A program made the translations under genes and the position numbers. Source: Granulicella sp. (GTDB taxonomy: Bacteria; Acidobacteriota; Terriglobia; Terriglobales; Acidobacteriaceae). Taken from it: DNA of 16,064 nt. Below, one piece after another: positions 8,018 to 15,853 of this stretch. The notes below the pieces were generated by a model that worked only from the letters and a program-made list of their open reading frames with translations, ran no database searches and was not told the origin of the DNA. The stretch is from assembly GCA_027339965.1 (NCBI GenBank), contig DAHWNL010000005.1:1-16064 (forward strand), written 5' to 3'. Each line of letters begins with the position of its first letter. Position 1 is the first letter of the stretch.

Positions 8018-11000
8018 TTGCGCCGGACCCGCGCAGGACCTGCGCCGGGCGGACGTGGCCATCCTGTCGAGAACTGGATTGCTGTGATCTCTCTTTGCCC
8101 TGGTCTATCGCTCGCCTGCCTGGCGCTCTGCCTTCCTCTTTTGGGTGCTGGAGCAGCCGCGCAGACCCCCGACACCGCCACGCTCACCGGCATCGTTCAG
8201 GACACGACGCGCGCCGCTGTGCGCGGAGCCAGTGTCAGCATCACCAATCAACTCACCGGTCTGCGCCGCCTCACCCATACCTCCGCGCAGGGCAGGTTCT
8301 CCCTCAGCGGTCTGCCCGTGGCCGGTGAGTACAACCTGGAGGCTGGTCACTCCGGCTTTGCCATCGCGCGCCTGCAGCACATCCGGCTCACCGGCGGAAG
8401 CACCGCCAGCCTGACCCTCACGCTCAGCGTCTCGCCGGCAAATACATCGGTCACCATCAAAGGCGACGCCAACCAGGTTCGCATCGACGAACCCCAGCTT
8501 GGCGACCGTCTGGGCGAATCCGAGATGGATCAGACTCCGCTGTTGAACCGGCGCATCACCTACCTCCCGCTGCTCAACGCCGCCAACCGTCCGGCGATCA
8601 ACCAGGGCGACCTGTTTATGAATCAGGACCTGTTCAACACCAACGGCGCCGGCCGCCGCCAGACCTGGTTCGAGGTCGATGGCGGCAACGCCATCGATAG
8701 CTGGGGTCGGCAGACGATCTTCACCAACATCCCCCTCGACGCGGTTGCCGAGATGACGGTTCTCACCAACAGCTTCTCCGCCCAGTACGGCGACGGAGCC
8801 GGCAGCGTGGTCAACATCGTCACCCGCTCCGGCGGCGACCGGCTCCACGGCAGCGTGCTGGAGCTCTACCGTCCTTCGGGCCCAGAGGCCAAGCTGGCCG
8901 GATTCAACGCCGCCAACGCCACCAGCGGCACGGAGATCACCAACGACACGCTGGACCAGACCGCAGTCTCGCTCTCTGGCCGGCTCCTCCGGCGGAGTCC
9001 CACGTACTTCTTTGCGGCGGGTGAGTTCAGCCAGCAGAACCGGGCCAGCCCGGTCACCTCGCCGCTGGCGCCCGGCAACTTCATTGGCCATTACCAGGAT
9101 GTGATGGGCTTTCTGCGTCTGGACCACCAGTTCTCTCCCCGCCACAACGCCTTCTTCCGCACCAGCGACGACGCCTTTTATGACACCAACCCAGCCGGCA
9201 CCGTAGGCGGCGACTCGCTGCCCAGCGTGGCGCGCACCTTCCACCGCCGCACCTACACCGAGGAGATCGGCGACACCGCCGTGCTCTCGCCCGGCATGGT
9301 CAACAACCTGCGCCTCCAGTTCGAGCTGGGCTCGCCCATCACCCAGTTTGTTCCGGCCATTGACAGCACACAGTTCGTGGTACCCATCGCCGGCCAGCAG
9401 ACCTTCACCTCCGGCACCAGCCAGTCTGCTCTGCTGCTCAACCACCAGTTTTCCTTCAATGACACCGTGGCCGCCGCGCTGGGCAACCAGCAGATCACCT
9501 TTGGCGCCAGCCTGATCTACGCGCGCTCCGGCGGCGACAGCAAGGAGTTCGGCGGTCCCATCTACCTGGGCTCGTTCACCTACAACACCTGCTCGCTGCC
9601 CGGCGCCACCGCCGCTCAGACGGAGACCTACTGTGAGAGCCCGGCCTACCTCGGCAACATTGCCAACGTGGCCAGCTACGAGCAGAGCTACGGTAACGCC
9701 AACTACCTGGTGAATGATGTGCAGTACGCCTTCTTCGTCCAGGACGACGACCGCATCTCACCCCGGCTGGTGCTCAACTACGGCCTGCGCTACTTCGGCC
9801 AGACCTTCACCAACACCCATAACGGCTTTGCGCCGCGCGTGGGCTTCGATGCTGACCTGTTCGGCAACGGCCGCACCGTGGTGCGGGGCGGCTTCGGCAT
9901 CTACTACTCCCAGGTGGTGGACAACGAAGAGGCCAACTACGCGCTCACCGGCCCCACTGGCGTCTTCAACTACAATGCCGCGCCCGGCCAGGTCGGCTTC
10001 CCCTCCAGCATCTCCGCGGCCCCGCTGCCGGCGTTTCCCTCAGGCGCGGTTGCGCCTCTGCGCAGCCTCTACATCCGCCCCGGCGAGAGCTCGTATCTCA
10101 ACCAGTTCTTCCCCACCTCGACGCTGATTGGCTACCCCAGCGCCCTGCTGAACCCTTACACCGAGCAGTACACGCTCAGCCTGGGCCAGCAGCTTAGCGC
10201 GCGCACCCTGCTGAGCATCGACTATCTGGGCGCATACACCGTGCATATCTACCGTCCGTTGGACGTTGACCCGCCCACCACCTTCAACCGCACCAACAAC
10301 GCTCAGATCCGCTCTGCTACGGCGGCCAACTGCACGCGGCCCTACTGGGTCTGGTGGTATCAGCAGAAGAGAATGACCTGCAACCCCAACCAGGTCTCCA
10401 ACCCCGAGCCGCCCTACAGCGTGATTCAGAGCGACGTGAACGACGGCTACCTCCACTACAACGCGCTGGATGTGAATCTGCGCGAGGACTTCGGCCAGAA
10501 GGGGATCATGCTGGTCAGCTATACCTGGTCTCACACCCTGGATAACGTCGACCCCGACGCTACCGTCCAGAATCCGAACAATCCCCTCTTCGTCAATCAA
10601 GCCGAGTATGGAAACGCCCTCTACGACCAGCGCAACCGCTTGGTCGCCAGCGGCTACTACACCGCTCCGTTCCAGCTCCAGTTCGGCGGCATCCTCACCC
10701 TGGCTGGGGGCTTGCCCTATAACCTGGTTACCGGCGTGTACAACAGCGGGGACATCGGCGCCACCACCGACCGCCCCATCATCAACGGCGTCCTGGTGGG
10801 CCGCGACACCGGCCGGGGAACGCCTTTGTACTACCTGGACCCCTTTCTGGCGCGTGACTTCCGCGTTTTGGACCGCCTGGACCTGAACCTGCGCGCCGAG
10901 GCCTTCAACGTCCTCAACCACGCCAACTTCGCCAGCTTCAACGGCACCTACGGCACGGGCAACACCGCTCCCCCCACGCTCGGCTCTCCCGTCTACGGGA

Positions 11001-11056
11001 TCGCCTCCCAGTTCCCCGCACGCGAGTTTCAGTTCTCGGCAAGAGTCAGCTTTTGA
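8018..11056 (+). CDS. TonB-dependent receptor, Oar-like, with N-terminal carboxypeptidase-regulatory-like domain
   Basis: Signal peptide, TLTGIVQD..AAVRGASVSITN..TG N-domain, plug motifs (VDGGN, DAVAEMTVLTNSFSAQYG..AGSVVNIVTRSG), FVQDD.RISPRLVLNYGLRY, FAPRVGF, VVRGGFGIYY, RAEAFNVLNHANF and terminal Phe (REFQFSARVSF). The start is uncertain (TTG 8018 or GTG 8084). Confidence 0.93.
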   Translation: MRRTRAGPAPGGRGHPVENWIAVISLCPGLSLACLALCLPLLGAGAAAQTPDTATLTGIVQDTTRAAVRGASVSITNQLTGLRRLTHTSAQGRFSLSGLPVAGEYNLEAGHSGFAIARLQHIRLTGGSTASLTLTLSVSPANTSVTIKGDANQVRIDEPQLGDRLGESEMDQTPLLNRRITYLPLLNAANRPAINQGDLFMNQDLFNTNGAGRRQTWFEVDGGNAIDSWGRQTIFTNIPLDAVAEMTVLTNSFSAQYGDGAGSVVNIVTRSGGDRLHGSVLELYRPSGPEAKLAGFNAANATSGTEITNDTLDQTAVSLSGRLLRRSPTYFFAAGEFSQQNRASPVTSPLAPGNFIGHYQDVMGFLRLDHQFSPRHNAFFRTSDDAFYDTNPAGTVGGDSLPSVARTFHRRTYTEEIGDTAVLSPGMVNNLRLQFELGSPITQFVPAIDSTQFVVPIAGQQTFTSGTSQSALLLNHQFSFNDTVAAALGNQQITFGASLIYARSGGDSKEFGGPIYLGSFTYNTCSLPGATAAQTETYCESPAYLGNIANVASYEQSYGNANYLVNDVQYAFFVQDDDRISPRLVLNYGLRYFGQTFTNTHNGFAPRVGFDADLFGNGRTVVRGGFGIYYSQVVDNEEANYALTGPTGVFNYNAAPGQVGFPSSISAAPLPAFPSGAVAPLRSLYIRPGESSYLNQFFPTSTLIGYPSALLNPYTEQYTLSLGQQLSARTLLSIDYLGAYTVHIYRPLDVDPPTTFNRTNNAQIRSATAANCTRPYWVWWYQQKRMTCNPNQVSNPEPPYSVIQSDVNDGYLHYNALDVNLREDFGQKGIMLVSYTWSHTLDNVDPDATVQNPNNPLFVNQAEYGNALYDQRNRLVASGYYTAPFQLQFGGILTLAGGLPYNLVTGVYNSGDIGATTDRPIINGVLVGRDTGRGTPLYYLDPFLARDFRVLDRLDLNLRAEAFNVLNHANFASFNGTYGTGNTAPPTLGSPVYGIASQFPAREFQFSARVSF

Positions 11057-11066
11057 CCCTGCATGT

Positions 11067-11117
11067 GCGCCAAGGGCCCGCTGAAACCTGGCGTCGGTTC
11101 CGGCGGGCCCTTGGCGC
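11067..11117. terminator. Strong hairpin between convergent genes (probable bidirectional terminator or REP-like)
   Basis: GCGCCAAGGGCCCGC (11067-11081) pairs perfectly with GCGGGCCCTTGGCGC (11103-11117) and can extend inward with G-U pairs. There is no U-tract on either strand. Confidence 0.65.
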
Positions 11118-11155
11118 GTGAAACCGAGAATCGGGCCCGAGAATTTGCTGACGGG

Positions 11156-11758
11156 TTACATTTGCGCGGCGTCGATGTCGATCTCGATCTTGACCTCATC
11201 GCTCAGAACCGCGTCGCCGCTCTTCAGCATGCCGTTGAAGTCCAGGCCGAAGTCCTTGCGGTTCAGCGTCGTGGTGGCTGTAAATCCGCGGTGCAGGGTC
11301 TTGCCGTCCATCCCGATCTCCGGCTTCCCCGGATCATCCATGTCCAGCACCACCTGCCGGGTGACGCCATGCATCGTCAGGTTGCCCACAACGTCATAAT
11401 GGTCGCCGTCCTTGCGCACGCTGGTGCTCTGGAATGTCATGTCTGGATACTTGGTCACATCAAAGAACCGCGGGCTCTTCAGATCCTTGTCCCGAAAGCC
11501 CACTCCCGTGTCCACCGTATCGATCGGGATTGTCGCATCAACGCCGGACTTGGCCAGGTCAGTGGGATCAAAGGTAATCACGCCCGACAGTCCATGGAAG
11601 GACCCATGCACCGTGGTGATTCCCATATGCCGAATCGCAAAGTCCGCCTCCGAGTGCATCGGATCGATCTTCCACTGGGTCGCCTGCGCGCACAGAATCT
11701 GCCCACCCAACACAAGAACGGCCGCAGCCGCCCATCCTGCCTTCGTGATTCTCTTCAT
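11156..11758 (-). CDS. yceI: YceI-family periplasmic lipid/polyisoprenoid-binding protein, 200 aa
   Basis: ATG 11758 with GGAGG upstream and a signal peptide, then WKIDPMHSEADFAIRHMG, DTG..RDKDLKS..FFDV.KYP, GNLTMHGVTR and LNRKDFG motifs. Confidence 0.93.
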   Translation of the reverse strand: MKRITKAGWAAAAVLVLGGQILCAQATQWKIDPMHSEADFAIRHMGITTVHGSFHGLSGVITFDPTDLAKSGVDATIPIDTVDTGVGFRDKDLKSPRFFDVTKYPDMTFQSTSVRKDGDHYDVVGNLTMHGVTRQVVLDMDDPGKPEIGMDGKTLHRGFTATTTLNRKDFGLDFNGMLKSGDAVLSDEVKIEIDIDAAQM

Positions 11759-11785
11759 TCCCTGCCCTCCAAAATGAGATTCCGC

Positions 11786-11900
11786 TAAAGCAGTTTCAGT
11801 GTAGGTGCACCCAATGCCTCGACTTCTATGGGCGTTTTCCCCAATGAAAACGCCACTGTAAGCCCTCTTCAGGACACCCATCAACGCTGAAAATGCTATA
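11786..11900. mobile_element. 115-bp MITE-like element, copy 1
   Basis: Ends TAAAGCAGTTTCAGTG ... CGCTGAAAATGCTATA form imperfect terminal inverted repeats bounded by TA. It has an internal hairpin GGCGTTTTC-N6-GAAAACGCC. A second copy lies at 15738-15852. Confidence 0.8.
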
Positions 11901-12599
11901 AGAAACGACACAACTTCCCCGCCTTCTTGCCGGTCAAGAGCAGCCTCTACGGCTGAAAGGGCCAGCCAGACGAAGAAACCACCGGCGCCACTGCGGCGTG
12001 AGCGAAACCAGAAGCGGAGGATCGGAGCACTATGAAGGAAGCCTACACGACGACCCCCCTGGGCGTCGAAGCTCACCGCTTCAGCCCTTCTCCGCCCGGC
12101 CTGGAAACATCCCGAATCCGGCAAAATCACTCTAAGAACTCCGTAGGGATCTGTTGAGGGAGCACGGGGCCAGCCGGCAAGAGGATCCAGGGGTTGGAAT
12201 CGCCCGCGCAGGGAAGTCATCGATGGGACAACTCCGCGGGCAGAGCTCCGTCTTCCCGAGGCTCCAACGCGCCTGCCTGGATGCCCTTGGGCACTGTAAC
12301 CTGTTGAAGACCAAGAGACGTCTTTTTGATATAGAGACGCCTTGGAGGGAAACGAAAGGCTTATTTTGGGAAGCGCAATGTCGATCCGAGTGCCGATGCT
12401 ATGCCAACGCGCGCCTCTTCCGCAAGACGGCTTGCATGATCCTGGCGGCACCACTCTCAGTGGAGCAGCTTTCAGCCAGTTCCGACGCTCGACCCACAGC
12501 CTGGGCGAGCCCTGGCCATGTACAGGGACGTGTAGTCTTCTATCTAGTTCCAAGCGCTGCTCTCTTCCATCGTTCTTTTTTCCAGAGGCTGGGCCCACG

Positions 12600-15500
12600 T
12601 TGAAACGTCATCCGATCGGTCTTCGTCTTCATTTGCTGCCGCGCGTGGTCGCCGCCAGTTGCCTCCTAGCGGTTGCTTCCTTCTGCCTTCCGCTGCCGGC
12701 CTTCGCCCAAGCGAAGGCCTCTGCTGCGGATCAGGCTGTCACCGCGCAACCGGAGGCGCGCATCACCCAGCCGATCGACGACACCGTCCGCGTCCCCATC
12801 GCTCACTCCCATCCGCCGCTCGCCCGCGCTGCGGATGACGCTGGGCCCCTGGCCGGCAACACGCCGCTGCAGGGCATGGCTCTGGTCTTCAGCCGCAGCC
12901 CCGCCCAGCAAGCTGCGCTGGATGCTCTGGTCCAGGCCCAGCAGAATCCCGCCTCCCCGCACTACCACCATTGGATCACCCCGGCCCAGTACGCCGCCCA
13001 GTTCGGCGCTGCGCAGACGGACATCGACGCCGCCGAGGGCTGGCTGCAGCAGCACGGCTTCAGCGTGGATTCTGTGACACCGAACCACGCGCGCATCTTC
13101 TTCTCTGGAACCGCTGCCCAGTTCGCCTCCGCCTTCGGCGTCCCTCTGCACAACTACCGCTTCACCCCCGTCGGCGCGCAGACCCCGGTGACCCACTTCG
13201 CCCCCTCCGGGGACCTGACCATCCCCGCCGCGCTTAGCGGAGCCATCCTCAGCGTAGAGAACATCAGCGACTTCCGTCCTCACTCTCACTTCCGGTTGCG
13301 CCCCGACCATGCAGTGGCCCAGGACGTGCAGGCCCACTTCACCTCGTCTATCTCGGGCGAAAACTACCTCACGCCGGACGACATCGACACCATCTATGAC
13401 GTCACCCCCATCACCAGCCAGGGCTTCAACGGCTCGGGTGAGACTATCGTCATCGCCGGCCAGTCCGCTTTTGTGAACTCCGACCTGACCAACTTCCAGA
13501 ACGCCCTCGGCATCCCCAACAAGCTCCCCACCGTGACCCTGGTCCCGAATACCGGAAGCTCCACCATCGGGGACACCAGCACCGACAGCGACGAGGTCGA
13601 GTCGGACATCGATCTGGAGTACTCCGAGGCCATGGCCCAGGGCGCCAACATCGACTTCATCTATACCGGCAACGCAACGAACTCCGGCGGAGCCTTTCAG
13701 GCGCTCCAATATGCAATCGACAACGGAATCGGCGATATCATCAGTTCCAGCTACGGTGCCTGCGAACCGGGCCTCGGGCAATCCACCTACAATACCTACA
13801 ATGCCTCCCTGGAGGAGGCCTCCAGCCAGGGCCAGACCGTCATCTCAGCCGCCGGCGACGAGGGCTCGACGGACTGCTACGGCTCGTATGCGTCTTCGGA
13901 TACCGCGGCAAACGAGCAACTGGCCGTAGACTTCCCCGGCTCCAGCGAGTACGTCACCAGCGTGGGCGGCACTGAGTTCCCGGTGACCGACATCGCACCC
14001 GGCAGCCCCTACTTCGACGCGCGGAGCAGCACGGACATCATCAGTTCCGCTAAATCTTACATCCCGGAGGAGGTCTGGAACGACGACGCCGGCGATGTCA
14101 GCCTCGGAGCGACCAGCCCCAATCCGATCTCGGCCGGCGGCGGCGGAGTCAGCATCTACACCCCCATCCCGACCTGGCAAGAACCGAGCCAAGTCCCTGT
14201 TCCCGGTCTACCCAGCAACAGCAGCGGCCGGATGGTCCCCGACATCTCCCTCTACGCCTCGCCCTCAGAGCCTGAAGTTTCAACCGATAAATTCTACGGC
14301 GGCTATCTGATCTGCTCCAGCGACCAGAACTTCACCAACATCACAGGAAGCTGCTCTAACGGCTTCCGGAACGCGAGCGGCGATCTCACCGTCGCCGGCG
14401 GAACCAGCTTTGCCGCTCCCACGTTCGCCGGTATGCTGGCCATTCTGGACCAGGAGAAGGGCTACAGCGCAACGGGAGGAAATTCGACGGGCGGACAGGG
14501 CGAGATCAACACTGAGCTGTACACCCTGGCAGCCAGCGCCAGTGTCTACGCCTCAGCCTTCCATGACATCACCCAGGTCGGCTCCGACCTGGGCAACAAC
14601 TGCGCTGCCGGAACAACCTGGTGCGGCACTGGCCCGGACACCACGGAGTACTACGCCGGAACCGGCTACGATGAGGCCTCCGGCCTGGGCTCCATCGACT
14701 TTGCCAACCTGGTCAACGCCTGGCCAAAGAACACCTCCAGCAGCCAGCTCCTCGATACCACCACCACCTTGACCGCGGCGACTCTCTCCCCCGTCTCGGG
14801 CGCCATTGACGCCATCACCATCACCGTTTGCCCGGCGAGCGGATGTCCCCCCGCTGCAACTCTCACCGGCACGGTCTCAGTCAGCGTCAACGGCGGCGCG
14901 GCGACGACGGTCACCCTCGCCAACGGCGTGGGCACCTACAACTTCTCCGCAACTGCCACGGGAACCTACGTCGTCCAGGCGACTTACTCCGGCGACAGCA
15001 CCTACGCCACCTCCAACGCTTCCGTAACGCTCACCCTGGGCTCCTCCACCTCCAGCGGCGTCTTTGGCGTCGCCGCCAGCAACGTCAGTCTGGCTCCCGG
15101 AAACTCCGCGACAGGCTCGATCGTCGTTACGCCCACCAACGGCTTCGCTGGCACGGTCACGCTCTCAGTCAATGATGGATCGCTTACGGACGGCTGCGTT
15201 GTCATCAACCCAACCTCTGTCTCCATCACCAGCGCAGCCACGGCTACCTCCAGTTACACCGTCTACACCAGCACCACGGCCTGCGCGAGCGCCGGAGCGG
15301 CCCGGCCCGGCTCCCGGATCGTCTTTGTCCACCCAACCGCCGCTCAGCCTGGCAACAACTCTCCGGCTTCTCCTTGGCGGCGGCTACCGCTCCCCGGCTC
15401 GCTGGCAGGCCTGCTCTTGATCGCCGGCCTGGATCGCCGCTCCCGCAGGCTGCGCCGCCTGTGGCTGCGCGGGGGCCTGGCGCTGGGGCTGCTCCTGGCG

Positions 15501-15662
15501 CTCTTGTGCGGCGGCCTGGAATTGGCAGGCTGCAGCGGCGGATCCTCCAACAGCACCACCACCTCCAGCAACGCCACCCCCGCCGGAACCTACACCCTCA
15601 CCATCACCGGAGCCTCCGGCTCGGTCACCAGCTCCGCCAACTTCACCGTGACGGTCAACTGA
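12600..15662 (+). CDS. S53 family (sedolisin/kumamolisin-like) serine protease precursor with pro-domain, Ig-like domains and C-terminal membrane hairpin/lipobox, ~1020 aa
   Basis: TTG 12600 with GAGG upstream gives a signal peptide (..LPAFA|QA). Pro-domain motif QQNPASPHYHHWITPAQYAAQFG; catalytic E-x-x-x-D (ESDID), AAGDEG and GGTSFAAP; Ca-site GYDEASGLGS; Big_3-like ATYSGDSTYATS. The ORF is open from 12342. Confidence 0.92.
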   Translation: MKRHPIGLRLHLLPRVVAASCLLAVASFCLPLPAFAQAKASAADQAVTAQPEARITQPIDDTVRVPIAHSHPPLARAADDAGPLAGNTPLQGMALVFSRSPAQQAALDALVQAQQNPASPHYHHWITPAQYAAQFGAAQTDIDAAEGWLQQHGFSVDSVTPNHARIFFSGTAAQFASAFGVPLHNYRFTPVGAQTPVTHFAPSGDLTIPAALSGAILSVENISDFRPHSHFRLRPDHAVAQDVQAHFTSSISGENYLTPDDIDTIYDVTPITSQGFNGSGETIVIAGQSAFVNSDLTNFQNALGIPNKLPTVTLVPNTGSSTIGDTSTDSDEVESDIDLEYSEAMAQGANIDFIYTGNATNSGGAFQALQYAIDNGIGDIISSSYGACEPGLGQSTYNTYNASLEEASSQGQTVISAAGDEGSTDCYGSYASSDTAANEQLAVDFPGSSEYVTSVGGTEFPVTDIAPGSPYFDARSSTDIISSAKSYIPEEVWNDDAGDVSLGATSPNPISAGGGGVSIYTPIPTWQEPSQVPVPGLPSNSSGRMVPDISLYASPSEPEVSTDKFYGGYLICSSDQNFTNITGSCSNGFRNASGDLTVAGGTSFAAPTFAGMLAILDQEKGYSATGGNSTGGQGEINTELYTLAASASVYASAFHDITQVGSDLGNNCAAGTTWCGTGPDTTEYYAGTGYDEASGLGSIDFANLVNAWPKNTSSSQLLDTTTTLTAATLSPVSGAIDAITITVCPASGCPPAATLTGTVSVSVNGGAATTVTLANGVGTYNFSATATGTYVVQATYSGDSTYATSNASVTLTLGSSTSSGVFGVAASNVSLAPGNSATGSIVVTPTNGFAGTVTLSVNDGSLTDGCVVINPTSVSITSAATATSSYTVYTSTTACASAGAARPGSRIVFVHPTAAQPGNNSPASPWRRLPLPGSLAGLLLIAGLDRRSRRLRRLWLRGGLALGLLLALLCGGLELAGCSGGSSNSTTTSSNATPAGTYTLTITGASGSVTSSANFTVTVN

Positions 15663-15737
15663 AGATCGAAGGCTGATGCCCGCTCCCCATCCTGGTCCGC
15701 ACCTGCGATTCACGGAGGCGTTTATCTGCTTTTCCGC

Positions 15738-15852
15738 TGAAGCAGTTTCAGTGCAGGTGTAACCAATGCCTCGACTTCTATGGGCGTTTTCCCCAGTGAA
15801 AACGCCACTGTAAGCCCCGTCCGGTGCACCGAGCAACACTGAAAATGCTATA
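15738..15852. mobile_element. 115-bp MITE-like element, copy 2 (same orientation as copy 1)
   Basis: TGAAGCAGTTTCAGTG ... CACTGAAAATGCTATA. By manual alignment there are 14 mismatches over 121 ungapped bp between 11780-11900 and 15732-15852. Confidence 0.8.
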
Positions 15853-15853
15853 G

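Noticed and set aside
8105..10921. Minus-strand ORFs of 446 and 293 aa
   Set aside because: Antisense shadows of the TonB receptor.
11932..11990. Loose SAM-I-like string (TCAAGAG..GGCTGA..GGG..GAAG)
   Set aside because: It lacks the AUC/GCAAC/GUGC binding core and a P1 stem, and no sulfur-metabolism gene follows.
11759..12598. 280-aa N-terminal extension of YceI (480-aa ORF)
   Set aside because: It runs through the MITE and has non-protein-like composition. ATG 11758 has an RBS and a signal peptide.
12342..12599. Longer start for the S53 protease
   Set aside because: It would bury the signal peptide 86 aa inside the protein. TTG 12600 fits better.
12666..13781. 371-aa minus-strand ORF
   Set aside because: Antisense shadow of the protease.
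15384..15839. 151-aa minus ORF sharing AYSGVFxGENAHRSRGIG with the 480-aa ORF
   Set aside because: The shared peptide is simply the MITE translated, not a protein domain.
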